Virus record (IMG/VR): IMGVR_UViG_3300037091_000258
Source of the DNA: an uncultured virus (IMG/VR IMGVR_UViG_3300037091_000258)
Taxonomy: Duplodnaviria > Heunggongvirae > Uroviricota > Caudoviricetes
Direction: 5' to 3' (one strand)
DNA length: 64,000 nucleotides
The position numbers and the translations under genes were made by a program. The notes under the pieces were generated by a model. That model saw nothing but the letters and a program-made list of their open reading frames with translations. It was not told the DNA's origin and did not search any database. Positions 25,373 to 35,361 of this stretch are shown here, one piece after another. Every line of letters starts with the position of its first letter. Positions within the stretch are counted from its first letter, which is position 1.

Positions 25373-27177
25373 ATGGCACGAGTAATTGGAATTGATCTTG
25401 GAACCTCAAACTCAGCAGCAGCTGTTATGGAGGGTGATCGCCCGGTAATAATCCCCTCAGCCGAAGGAGCCGGAGTTTCTTCAGGTAAGGCATTTCCATC
25501 ATTTGTGGCCTTCACCAAAGAAGGAGATCGTTTAGTTGGTGAGCCCGCTAAAAGGCAGGCCGCCATTAACCCAGATGGTACTATTTACGCTGCAAAGCGA
25601 AAGATGGGAAGTGATCATAAGTTTAAAGTTTTTGGTAAAGATTATAGCCCTCAGCAAATCTCGGCGAAAGTGTTGAGGAAGTAGTCATTACATGCCCAGC
25701 TTACTTTGACGACAATCAACGTACAGCTACTAAAGACGCAGGCGAAATAGCCGGCCTGAAAGTTCTCCGTATTATTAATGAGCCCACTGCAGCGTGCCTT
25801 GCTTACGGTCTAGAAAAAGCAGGCAAAGAGCTTAAGATCCTCGTCTTTGATTTTGGTGGTGGAACTCTTGACGTCACCATTATGGAGATGTGGAAAGAAG
25901 GCGGCTTCAAGGTCATTTCCACTAGCGGCGACACCCAACTAGGTGGTACCGATATGGACAACGTTTTTGTAGATTACGTTGAAAAAGAATTCATGCGACA
26001 GACTGGTATCGATCTCAAAAAAGATACCATGGCTACACAACGAGTAAGAGAAGCAGTAGAGAAAGCCAAGGTAGAACTTTCTAGTACTCTCACTACCGAC
26101 ATTAGTCTACCTTTCATTACAGCCGACAATACTGGCCCTAAGCACCTTACAATGAACATAAACAGAGCAAAGCTTGATGAACTCATTGAGCCCATTGTGC
26201 AACGCTGTAGGGCACCGCTAATGACTGCTTTACGTGATGCAAGGGCCGCCTTCCAAAAAGATGGTGCTCAATTCAGCGAAAATGGTGCCGAGATTGACAA
26301 AATTATCATGGTAGGTGGTCCCACTCGTATGCCAATCGTTCAGAAGTTTGTCGAGGACTTCTTCGGCAAGAAAATTGAACGCGGCGTAGACCCAATGGAA
26401 TGTGTAGCACTAGGCGCAGCTGTTCAGGCTGCCATTATCAAAGGCGACGTCAAGGATATTCTACTTCTCGATGTTACCCCACTTTCACTTGGTATTGAAA
26501 CACTGGGCGCCGTAAACACTAAGCTCATTGATCGCAATACTACAATTCCCACACGAAAGAGCCAGATATTTTCTACTGCAGCTGAAAATCAAACAGAAGT
26601 TACTGTTCGAGTGCTTCAAGGCGAGCGTCAAATGGCTAACGACAACGTAGAGCTTGGTCGATTCAATCTGGTAGGTATCCCAGCAGCTCCGCGAGGCGTC
26701 CCTCAAATTGAAGTAGCCTTTGACATAGATGCTAACGGTATTGTAAGCGTTACAGCTAAAGATCTTGGTACCAACAAGCAACAGTCTATCAAGATCACTG
26801 CACCAAAAAAGCTCTCCAAGGAAGAAATTGAGAAGATGGTTCGGCAAGCTGAACAATTTGCCTCAGATGATGCTAAGCGCAAAGAAGAAGTAGAGTCTAC
26901 TAATCAAGCTGATGCCCTTGCCTACTCAGTAGAAAAATCACTTAAAGATTTCGGCGACAAAATAAGTCAGACTGAACGAGCCGACATTGAATCTAAGCTT
27001 AATGACTTAAAGACGGCTATCAAAGACAAGAATCTTGATAGGATCAAAAAGGCCTCAGAAGATTTGACTACAGCAGCGCATAAATTAGCTGAAGTAGTTT
27101 ATCAGCAAAAACCTGGACAGCAACCAAAAAATAAGAAAGAGGGTGACGACGTTATAGACGCCGAGTTCCATGAATGA
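25373..27177 (+). pseudogene. dnaK: DnaK/Hsp70 chaperone, frameshifted by a short deletion at about 25660
   Basis: [10 protein letters not shown]...PQQISA, then a frame change to [21 protein letters not shown]...IINEPTAA...[10 protein letters not shown], continuous to DAEFHE. Confidence 0.9.
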
Positions 27178-27620
27178 AATTGATGATAGTGGGTGAAAGT
27201 CCTAGTAAAACGCGGCCAGATGGAATGCAAGAGGTAGCGTTCTCTGGCCGCACTTCCCATATTCTTTGGGATGAACTTGCAAAGTATGGTATCACTCGTG
27301 AGAACTGCTATGTCACAAATATCATCACAGATCATATTGAGTGGAAAAATATAACTGATGAAATTGCCAAATGCAATCATGACCGACTTGAAAAAGAAAT
27401 ACAAGAACAGAAACCACACGTTATCTTAGCAGTTGGGGCTAAAGCACGCGAGTGGTTTGGTAGAGGAAAATCATATGATGGTTTCCTACTCCATAGCAAG
27501 CTTTACAATTGTTGGATAACAGCTTGCGTCCATCCAGCGGCCGTAGCCAGGAACCCACAACTGAAAAATGAATTCATAGATTGTATCTACGTTTTATCGG
27601 AGGTTCTAAACTTAGTATGA
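27174..27620 (+). CDS. uracil-DNA glycosylase, family 4-like
   Basis: MIVGESP...AFSGRT..IL...YVTNI...EI....P.VILAVG...HPAAV.RNP. Confidence 0.85.
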   Translation: MKLMIVGESPSKTRPDGMQEVAFSGRTSHILWDELAKYGITRENCYVTNIITDHIEWKNITDEIAKCNHDRLEKEIQEQKPHVILAVGAKAREWFGRGKSYDGFLLHSKLYNCWITACVHPAAVARNPQLKNEFIDCIYVLSEVLNLV

Positions 27621-27630
27621 CAAGATAATT
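27621..27630 (+). promoter_or_regulatory. putative late promoter
   Basis: CAAGATAATT. Confidence 0.65.
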
Positions 27631-27647
27631 AGTGAAGGTATCTAACT

Positions 27648-27911
27648 ATGAACTTACAAGAATTCATGCTTGAATTAGCAGGCAGCAAAGGTGATACTAT
27701 AAAACTTGATGAATTATTAACATCAAAGGTAGAAGGCATCCAAGTAGTTGAAGATATGGATGATGGAATTAGGCTCTTAGTTGAAGAGCCAAAAAACATA
27801 ACAACTATAAAAGAAAGAATAGTAGAAGTCTTAGATAAAGCTGGTTATGATGAATACAAAATTACTATAGAAAAGGATGGGCCAGTTAGGCATATTTTTA
27901 TAGAAGTATAG
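27648..27911 (+). CDS. putative internal head protein
   Basis: MNLQEFMLELAG start resembles the T4 capsid-targeting sequence. Confidence 0.6.
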   Translation: MNLQEFMLELAGSKGDTIKLDELLTSKVEGIQVVEDMDDGIRLLVEEPKNITTIKERIVEVLDKAGYDEYKITIEKDGPVRHIFIEV

Positions 27912-27925
27912 AGGTCCAAAATAAT

Positions 27926-28384
27926 ATGAAGTTGAGTAAGCTATTAAGTAATGTCTTAGACGGACAAAAATTAGTCGACAATCTACCCGATAAAAATGAA
28001 GAAGCAAAACCTCCAGTACAAGAAGAGGAGATAATAACAAAGAAATCCAAGACAATAGAAACACCATCTGAACTTGAGCCTAAAGTAAAAGCTAAATCAA
28101 CTAAAGTGAAGAAAACACCTGCTCCTGTTGCTGCACCAGTACCAGAACTTCCTACGCCAATTACGCCTGAAGCTAAACAGAAACATGATGAAGAAATTGC
28201 TGCAAAGATTAAAGCTCAGATTAAGAAGTCAACTAAGCCGGTAGAGCCGCCTGCCAGAACTATGAGCGTACCCGATTTTGCAAAGATAAGAGAGTTGACA
28301 AAGCAAGCTAAAAAGCCCGCTCCTCCTGTACAAGAAACTGCTGTTGAAAAAACACCAATTAAAACAGACACTCCAAAAACTTAA
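27926..28384 (+). CDS. K/P/E-rich disordered protein with N-terminal propeptide-like helix
   Basis: MKLSKLLSNVLD; low-complexity body. Confidence 0.65.
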   Translation: MKLSKLLSNVLDGQKLVDNLPDKNEEAKPPVQEEEIITKKSKTIETPSELEPKVKAKSTKVKKTPAPVAAPVPELPTPITPEAKQKHDEEIAAKIKAQIKKSTKPVEPPARTMSVPDFAKIRELTKQAKKPAPPVQETAVEKTPIKTDTPKT

Positions 28385-28892
28385 TATAGCTTTATATGAC
28401 AAACAAGAGGAAAGGGTTCTTGAAAATGGCATATTTGAATTAACTGAGTTCATTGAAGACAATATAACCGAAGAAGAGCTAATAAAACAGTTTGAGTTAA
28501 TAAGATTCAAAAATCTCATCCAAGATTTTGAAACCAAAGATCCGAAAGAATTTTATCGCCAACACAAAAGAACATTAGAGACAGACAAAGCCAAACAGAT
28601 TGTTTTTTGTAAAGAGTTTGTGATTAATGATTTCACAGCCTTTAAAAAAAGCTTAGTAGAGGTGTATCCTGATGCTTTTTATGATGAGAGTCTAAGACAC
28701 TTAATTTTAGAAGAACAGGATAACAGATGCCGCTTATGTCACAAGGATATTTCTTGGAGTGAGCCGCATTTACACCACGTGAATTACAACAAGCAAGACT
28801 GTGAAAGAAAGAATCTAGTTTTCTTATGCCCGCGGTGTCATAGTAAAACGAACCGTAACAGAGAATACTGGATGAGTGTGTTAATATCTTAA
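28344..28892 (+). CDS. HNH endonuclease domain protein
   Basis: CRLC...HLHHVNYNK.DC...NLVFLCPRCHSKTN. Confidence 0.8.
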   Translation: MKKHQLKQTLQKLNIALYDKQEERVLENGIFELTEFIEDNITEEELIKQFELIRFKNLIQDFETKDPKEFYRQHKRTLETDKAKQIVFCKEFVINDFTAFKKSLVEVYPDAFYDESLRHLILEEQDNRCRLCHKDISWSEPHLHHVNYNKQDCERKNLVFLCPRCHSKTNRNREYWMSVLIS

Positions 28893-28907
28893 AATGTTGG
28901 AGTCAAT

Positions 28908-29861
28908 ATGTCTCTCGTTTGTATTTTGGATAAGACAACTAAAAATGAAAAGAGTGTTGAGTTAATAAAATCTAACGATATAGTCATTTTCATTTGTGAT
29001 ATTTGTTTTCGCAAATCCCAACGACAATATAGAAAAACTAAATATGGCTTGAAGCCTACTTGTCAAGAGTGTCTGACTAAACAAAAGTGGTTAAACAACT
29101 ACAGTGTAGATAATCCATTCAAATATGGACCCATAATAGAGCGAGTTAAAAAAGCCGATAGATCTGAAAAAGTCCAACAAAAGAAGAGACTAACCTGTTT
29201 AAAGAAATATGGTGTAGACAATGTAAATAAGCTCAGCTCGACAAGAAGCAAAATAGATCGAACTAATTTAAAGAAATACGGCTCGAAGTTTCCTACACAG
29301 ACGGATGCAATAAAAAATAGAACAAAACAAACTTGCTTAAAAAAGTATGGTGTTGAAAGCCATAACCAAGTTGAGTCAGTAAAAGTCACCAAACAAAAGG
29401 TTTGTTTAGAAAAATATGGCGTAGATAACGTAAGTCAAATTAGTGCAGTAAAAAATAAGAAATACCTAACTCATAAAAAGAATAATAGTTTCAATATATC
29501 TAAACCAGAAAGAGTCGCTGAATCAGCTTTGAGAGCTATATGTTCAGATTTGATTTGCCAACACAAGGAAGATAGATATCCATTTTCTTGTGATTTTTAT
29601 TCTCCGACCAAAGATTTATTTATAGAATGTAATTTTCATTGGGCACACGGTAAAAAACCATTTGATTCCAACGATATGATCGACCTAGCAAAGTTAGGAT
29701 ATTGGCAAGAAAAATCTAAGAATTCTAAGTTCTATAAGCACGCTATAAAAACTTGGACAGTAAGTGATCTAGAAAAAAGAAATATCGCTGCTAAGAATAA
29801 TCTCAACTATTTGGTATTTTGGTCTTTGAAAGATTTATTAAAGTACTGCGAGGTAAAATGA
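28908..29861 (+). CDS. putative homing endonuclease (KYGV repeats plus PD-(D/E)xK/Vsr-like domain)
   Basis: TCLKKYGVDN repeats; SKPE...CDFY....LFIECNFHWAHG...YLVFW. Confidence 0.75.
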   Translation: MSLVCILDKTTKNEKSVELIKSNDIVIFICDICFRKSQRQYRKTKYGLKPTCQECLTKQKWLNNYSVDNPFKYGPIIERVKKADRSEKVQQKKRLTCLKKYGVDNVNKLSSTRSKIDRTNLKKYGSKFPTQTDAIKNRTKQTCLKKYGVESHNQVESVKVTKQKVCLEKYGVDNVSQISAVKNKKYLTHKKNNSFNISKPERVAESALRAICSDLICQHKEDRYPFSCDFYSPTKDLFIECNFHWAHGKKPFDSNDMIDLAKLGYWQEKSKNSKFYKHAIKTWTVSDLEKRNIAAKNNLNYLVFWSLKDLLKYCEVK

Positions 29862-30733
29862 ATAAACATGTTGTTTCTACAAATGAAAATATAAATTGGC
29901 CCAGAGGGTTTACAATTTTAGATAATCGGATCCATGATGAGCTTCAAAGATATCTTAGGCCGTCTTCGTTTTGTATCTGGTGCCAATATCTTAGGTTTTG
30001 GGGTAGTGATAAAAAGAAAGCTTATCCAAGTTTATCCTATTTAAGTAATGTGACTGGTCTCGCTGAAAGAACAATCCGTAGTTGTAATACGGAACTTGTC
30101 GATAAGAAATTCCTAAAAAAGAAATCGGGTAGTTCTAACTCTTCAAATATTTACTACTATGTTCCTATTGATAAGATTCTTAAATACTACAAAGATGGGA
30201 CTGAACCAGAAGCTGATAAAGAGAGCGTAAGTGAAACACAAGATATCAATGACCTCTTGAAAGATGTAGCCAAAGGTAATCAAATATCAGCAGCATTATT
30301 CATAAAAGATTTTGAAGATGGTCATGGTGGACAATACAACCTTAACGACAAGGATATAGAGGCTCTTAACCAAAATTCAACTCAGCTAAGTCCTAAGCTT
30401 ATAGACATTTTCTTCAAGACTAAGAACCCTTATATCGCAAACTCCGATCACACCATGTATTTCTTTTTCCGTCCGAAGACACAACAAGTATTAAAAGCTG
30501 AGTTTTTTAAGAGCGACATAGGACGCTGGACTAATCAAGCTGAAAGAGCATGGGCTGGTATAATGCCAGTCCTAAGTAATCCACAGACACCTGAGCTCAA
30601 GACTACAATTCTCAATGATCTAAATACTTTCATTAAAACTTACGTAAAATTCAATCGCGGCAATTCAAGTAGAGATGCCTTTGTTTACAAATACTTAGAG
30701 CAAAAGATTGAGGCCTTCTTGAAAGATAAATAG
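29858..30733 (+). CDS. helix-turn-helix replication-initiator-like protein
   Basis: GFTILDN...AYPSLSYLSNVTGLAERTIRSC..EL....FL........SNIY. Confidence 0.7.
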   Translation: MNKHVVSTNENINWPRGFTILDNRIHDELQRYLRPSSFCIWCQYLRFWGSDKKKAYPSLSYLSNVTGLAERTIRSCNTELVDKKFLKKKSGSSNSSNIYYYVPIDKILKYYKDGTEPEADKESVSETQDINDLLKDVAKGNQISAALFIKDFEDGHGGQYNLNDKDIEALNQNSTQLSPKLIDIFFKTKNPYIANSDHTMYFFFRPKTQQVLKAEFFKSDIGRWTNQAERAWAGIMPVLSNPQTPELKTTILNDLNTFIKTYVKFNRGNSSRDAFVYKYLEQKIEAFLKDK

Positions 30734-30736
30734 ACT

Positions 30737-30970
30737 ATGATCTTATATCGTTCTTCTAAAGGAGCTGTGCCTGGGGCATGGTTTATACCTATTTCTCGGC
30801 AAGGTAATTGGTACTCTTGGCTATCAATCACTAAGCGCGACGAACTCTTCCTAGAAGAAATTAAAATTAACGGTTCTCATATATCAGGCGGCAACTCAGC
30901 AACTAAAGGTGACTTGAGACGTCTCGTCAGATATCTTTTTTATTTGGATTTGAAGTATGAAGCAACTTAA
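30737..30970 (+). CDS. hypothetical protein, C-terminal 'IF-helix' family
   Basis: LRRLVRYLFY. Confidence 0.6.
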   Translation: MILYRSSKGAVPGAWFIPISRQGNWYSWLSITKRDELFLEEIKINGSHISGGNSATKGDLRRLVRYLFYLDLKYEAT

Positions 30971-31244
30971 AGTTGGTGATAAAGTTTGGTGGGCGTGGTT
31001 TAAATATGGAGATAATGTCTTTGGCCGCGTTGAGATATTCGACTTCGCTAAAGATGTATCACCGACTCACTACATATTGAAACCAATCAAAATCTATTTT
31101 GACGAAGCTTTTTCTGCTGAGAATGGCGTTCCTTTAAAGGGCGTCGCTATAGAACGTAAGCACTTATTCACTGATGAAGAGTTCAATCACCTCAAAGCAA
31201 AACCTCATCTCATTATATCTATTTTTCATTACAGATGGGATTAA
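30957..31244 (+). CDS. hypothetical protein, C-terminal 'IF-helix' family
   Basis: LKVGDKVW start; KPHLIISIFH. Confidence 0.6.
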   Translation: MKQLKVGDKVWWAWFKYGDNVFGRVEIFDFAKDVSPTHYILKPIKIYFDEAFSAENGVPLKGVAIERKHLFTDEEFNHLKAKPHLIISIFHYRWD

Positions 31245-31246
31245 CA

Positions 31247-31256
31247 CAAGATAACT
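31247..31256 (+). promoter_or_regulatory. putative late promoter
   Basis: CAAGATAACT followed by a structured leader. Confidence 0.6.
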
Positions 31257-31371
31257 ACAAAAGAGCCGCAAGGCATCAACGACGCTTGCGGCTTATAACA
31301 GATTAAGGAAAGAGCCTAAAAAGACCCTTTAGAAAGAAATATGCGAATGGCTCTTAATTTAGGGGTATATT

Positions 31372-31674
31372 ATGGACGATATGGAGAATCCAGATAGCGG
31401 CAAAAGTAACAACAGTAAGGAAAACATTGCATGGTACGAAGCTGCTAGCAAAGGTAGGTTGCCCAGGGGAATAGACTTGATAAAGGAATATTCCAATGGC
31501 GGATGGGAAATTGTTATGGACGGCGAAATCAAGGAGATGAAGCCTTGTGAAATAATAGATGAACTATTGAATAGGTTCTGTAAAACGATACCACACGAAC
31601 CAGGAGTGGGTGAATCTTTGGAAACCCTTAACGATTTTCTGACTGAAGAAGTAAAGTCTTATAAGAAGAGGTAA
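31372..31674 (+). CDS. hypothetical protein
   Basis: 100 aa; AGGGG RBS. Confidence 0.6.
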   Translation: MDDMENPDSGKSNNSKENIAWYEAASKGRLPRGIDLIKEYSNGGWEIVMDGEIKEMKPCEIIDELLNRFCKTIPHEPGVGESLETLNDFLTEEVKSYKKR

Positions 31675-31807
31675 ATTATGTTGGACGAAAAGAAACGCGA
31701 ACCCTATCTCCAAGCAGGAGAGGGCGACGACGAAATGGCTGACACTACTTTCAAGAAGAAGAAGAACTGGCAAAAGTTCTGGAAAACATCGAAGAAAGAG
31801 TTAAGCG

Positions 31808-32176
31808 GTGGACGTAAGAACAAGAAAAAAACTAACCGTTAAATACGTATTCATATTCCCCCAGCAGACTATACTGCCAGACCTATTTAAGAAAGGTGTT
31901 GAAGATATGCAAGACGTAGAGTATGGAGTAGAGTGGCCTGAAAGTTGGAATGTAAAAGTAGAAAATATGGGCCGTGGCTATACTGGTCCCACTAACTACA
32001 AATTGCGATTAGTCGATAAAAACGAAGATCCTGGACCAGACGAAGAAGACCCATATGGCACAGCCACAAAATATACGTTTTTGATATGGTGCAATGAATC
32101 TAAATTGAAAGACGTAATTGATTTTCTGAAATACTTAGGTATGGGCCATAGCAACAATTTTTACAAGAGCATATAA
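31808..32176 (+). CDS. hypothetical protein
   Basis: 122 aa; GTG start uncertain. Confidence 0.55.
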   Translation: MDVRTRKKLTVKYVFIFPQQTILPDLFKKGVEDMQDVEYGVEWPESWNVKVENMGRGYTGPTNYKLRLVDKNEDPGPDEEDPYGTATKYTFLIWCNESKLKDVIDFLKYLGMGHSNNFYKSI

Positions 32177-32562
32177 TGAAGAAGAAAGCATTAAGAGTCA
32201 ACATTTTAAAAGATCTTGGACTAGGTAGGATGAACAGAGTTTACAAAAAGAAAATATTCATTACTATCTTCAAGGATCTTAAAAGTGGTAAAGGCATGCT
32301 AGAACAATTTAATAAAACTGGTTTACTTGTTGCCTATAGCCTTAGAAGCAAAGTGCTTTTAGAAAAGATAAATACTTGGCTCAGATCTAAAGACAAATAT
32401 ATAGACATCGTAGATAAAACTATTTATGTAGAATTCTTGGATGATGAAATAGAGATAAGTGGTAATTGGGATAATGAAAATTATGGACATAGTAATTTTT
32501 CAGTCTTTGCCGATTTATCTGGTAATTTAATTAACTTTGATATTGATGAAAGCACACATTAA
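32176..32562 (+). CDS. hypothetical protein
   Basis: C-terminal F..ADLSGNLINFD resembles 34003. Confidence 0.55.
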   Translation: MKKKALRVNILKDLGLGRMNRVYKKKIFITIFKDLKSGKGMLEQFNKTGLLVAYSLRSKVLLEKINTWLRSKDKYIDIVDKTIYVEFLDDEIEISGNWDNENYGHSNFSVFADLSGNLINFDIDESTH

Positions 32563-32625
32563 AATGAAGAGAGAAGAAAAACTCATACTCGACCCAAAAT
32601 CAAAATTAACTAATGGGCTAACGGG

Positions 32626-33774
32626 ATGAAGGAACTATTGAGTAATATACTTGATGAGGCTTTTGACGTTAAATCTAATTTGGGTCAGCTATTAGAAATC
32701 AAAGGTTCAAGCCTAGAAAAATTAGCCAAAACAGACGTCTTGCGAGTAATGACTGATTTTCCAGTTGATATGGTTCGTATTTTATTTAACGCTTTAGAAG
32801 ATGCTGATATAAAAATAAAGCCTTCAACTATAGAAGATTATGTTGGTAAATTTGGTGAAAGCACTAAAGTTCCTTCATATAGTAAAAACCCATGGTTCGA
32901 TACTAACAATAGAAATGAGTTTGAATTCGGAGATGAAAATTCTCTTGATACTCGTGGTAAGCCAATTCGCATTAACATAGAGATAAAAATACAAGGGACT
33001 ATAGCTCACTTTGGAATAGATGCCCATTTTCTTAGACGTATTAGTGTAGACGAATCTAAACCAATAAGGCTAGCTAATTTATCTGCAAGTGATTTCGCCA
33101 AAGAGATTGCCAAGAAAACTAAAAGTTTAATGACTAAATTAGACCCAGATTGGGAAATTAGCATAAAGAGCGCAGAGCAAGCTATGAAGGATTTAGCTAA
33201 AGACAAACCTCCAATAGTTAATAAGTTGAAACCAATGGGTCAAGTTTATTTACTATGGGTTGCTGGTGAAAAAGATAAAGAATCAAAAAATATAGATTTG
33301 GTTACTTTCTATCCAAGCTTTGCAAAATTTGGGATAGGTTGGCCAGATCAAAATCCAGATTGGGATGATATCAATAAAAACTGGGGCAGCTTTAGCAGCG
33401 ATAGAAATAAATTCAGAAATTTTTCTTACAGCTTTCAAACTGAATTATTACTTGAAGCAATACCCATAATTTTTAAACGGTTAAGAGAAAATAACTTGAC
33501 AATTATGAGCGCGCATTTAGATTCAGAAAGTATGGGTATTTTAGTTGCAGCCGTTGACAGGAATGCTAAATTTCCAGCTAGATATCGAGTTGCAGAAGGC
33601 GAGCAAATAAAAAAGCCAACTTATGCTGACATAGAAGAAAGCAAAAGAAAATTTATAATGGATCAAGCTCAAACTTTAAATGACAAAGCTATAAAAATGA
33701 CTGTAGACGAATTTAGACATACAATAATTCAAAATGCTTTAGACCCGACAGTAAAGAAAGAACCTAAAAAGTAA
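32626..33774 (+). CDS. putative internal head protein
   Basis: MKELLSNILDEA propeptide-like start; 382 aa. Confidence 0.6.
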   Translation: MKELLSNILDEAFDVKSNLGQLLEIKGSSLEKLAKTDVLRVMTDFPVDMVRILFNALEDADIKIKPSTIEDYVGKFGESTKVPSYSKNPWFDTNNRNEFEFGDENSLDTRGKPIRINIEIKIQGTIAHFGIDAHFLRRISVDESKPIRLANLSASDFAKEIAKKTKSLMTKLDPDWEISIKSAEQAMKDLAKDKPPIVNKLKPMGQVYLLWVAGEKDKESKNIDLVTFYPSFAKFGIGWPDQNPDWDDINKNWGSFSSDRNKFRNFSYSFQTELLLEAIPIIFKRLRENNLTIMSAHLDSESMGILVAAVDRNAKFPARYRVAEGEQIKKPTYADIEESKRKFIMDQAQTLNDKAIKMTVDEFRHTIIQNALDPTVKKEPKK

Positions 33775-34001
33775 TGACGACTAAATATAATGAAAGTGGC
33801 AATTTAGAGTCTTCACAGCGCTACATAATGTTGCATATTTTTGAGCCTGATATTTATGGTTTCGATGTCTCTTGGAAAGAAGGTTCAACGCATTACAAAA
33901 TACAGGGCTGGCAGATTGGTGGCGAAGCGCATGGCCGTTTAAGTAAAGGTGAAATGGGAAGTGATTTTAAATTTTGGGGTGAAGTAATTAAGAGTTGGTG
34001 A
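33774..34001 (+). CDS. hypothetical protein
   Basis: 75 aa; TAATG coupling. Confidence 0.5.
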   Translation: MTTKYNESGNLESSQRYIMLHIFEPDIYGFDVSWKEGSTHYKIQGWQIGGEAHGRLSKGEMGSDFKFWGEVIKSW

Positions 34002-34002
34002 A

Positions 34003-34386
34003 ATGGCAATACTAAAGAAATATCAACTGAGTGGTCCAGAAATTAAACACTATTTATTAAGAAAGGCGTGGGTAATTGATGACGAGTGGATACAACCAGA
34101 ATTGATGGACCTTCTTAAAGAAGAGGCAGCTAAGCTAGGCATATATGATATGGATGAGAGTCCTCTCGGTGGATGGGAATACGAACCACATGGCGAAAAA
34201 ATTCCAGCTTGGTTTGTTGGTTTCCACGGAACTGATAGTAAAATTGCTCAACAGCAAAAAGAAATATTAGTTAAGGATAAAAACTCAAAACTTGATCCTG
34301 ATGAATTCGGGATGGCTTTCATATATTTCTATTTTAATTTGAAGAACGGTCGTCTATACAAAGTAGAATCTGAGTCCGTTCAATAA
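34003..34386 (+). CDS. hypothetical protein
   Basis: 127 aa. Confidence 0.6.
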   Translation: MAILKKYQLSGPEIKHYLLRKAWVIDDEWIQPELMDLLKEEAAKLGIYDMDESPLGGWEYEPHGEKIPAWFVGFHGTDSKIAQQQKEILVKDKNSKLDPDEFGMAFIYFYFNLKNGRLYKVESESVQ

Positions 34387-34413
34387 TTTTTAACAAGACA
34401 TAGGATTGGTTTT

Positions 34414-35352
34414 ATGAAAAAAGTAGCACTTGTTTATAGCGCCGTGCCTGAGAGCGCTCCTATAGACGAACAAGACACATTAATTCAAGCAAACTTTATA
34501 AGACCAGCTATCTCTAAGTTGGGCTTTGAAGTAACAGACATTCCCATCACAGATTTAAGAATTGCTGAAAAGCAATTCAAAGAAGTTAAGCCAGATGTAG
34601 TTTTCAATCTAGCTGAGAGTATAAACGGTAAAGGGAAGCTCGTTCATTTGATTCCTAATATGTTAGATACTTTAAGAATCCCTTACACTGGATCTTCTGC
34701 TAAAGCTTTATTCATAACTTCTAACAAAGTCCTCGCTAAGAAAATACTGATGGCTAACAACCTCCCAACAGCTCCGCTCCTTAATGGACGTTTTGATCCG
34801 CCGTATATAGTTAAAGCTATTTGGGAACATGCATCTATAGGCATGACAGATTCATCAGTAGTTTATACCGAAGAAGCTCTTAAGACAGAATTTCAAAAGA
34901 GACGCGCAGAAGAGCTCTTTGTAGAAAAATTTATTGATGGTAGAGAGATGAACATAACTATGTTGAGTCAAGGTAAAGACATTCTGATATTACCAACACG
35001 TGAAATGGTGTTTAAAAAGTTCCCCGATGATAAGCCGCGTATAGTAGGTTATGACGCTAAGTGGTTGACTGAATCTTTTGAGTATGTTAACACCTCGCTA
35101 AAATTTAGATTCCGAAATGCTGAAGCCGAGTTGATTGAAAACCTCATAGACATCAGCAAAAAGTGTTGGGACATTTTCGAGCTGAAAGGTTATGTACGAG
35201 TTGATTTTAGAATAGATAAAGACAACAAACCTCACGTTTTAGAAATTAATGCTAATCCTTGTTTAGCACCTGATGCTGGTTATATGATAGCTGCTAAAAG
35301 AATAGGACTCACAATACAAGATATCGTTCAATGTATAATAGAAGCTGCATAA
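34414..35352 (+). CDS. D-Ala-D-Ala ligase-like ATP-grasp protein
   Basis: DVVFNLAES...IPYTGS...NK...PYIVKAIWEHASIG...EKFIDGRE...GYVRVDFRID...VLEINANPCL. Confidence 0.85.
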   Translation: MKKVALVYSAVPESAPIDEQDTLIQANFIRPAISKLGFEVTDIPITDLRIAEKQFKEVKPDVVFNLAESINGKGKLVHLIPNMLDTLRIPYTGSSAKALFITSNKVLAKKILMANNLPTAPLLNGRFDPPYIVKAIWEHASIGMTDSSVVYTEEALKTEFQKRRAEELFVEKFIDGREMNITMLSQGKDILILPTREMVFKKFPDDKPRIVGYDAKWLTESFEYVNTSLKFRFRNAEAELIENLIDISKKCWDIFELKGYVRVDFRIDKDNKPHVLEINANPCLAPDAGYMIAAKRIGLTIQDIVQCIIEAA

Positions 35353-35361
35353 TTTTCTTAT

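Noticed and set aside
25684..25882. Gap between the two DnaK ORFs as an intron or intergenic region
   Set aside because: It encodes continuous DnaK sequence (VITCPAYF...FDFGGGT) in the downstream frame; sequence is missing, not inserted.
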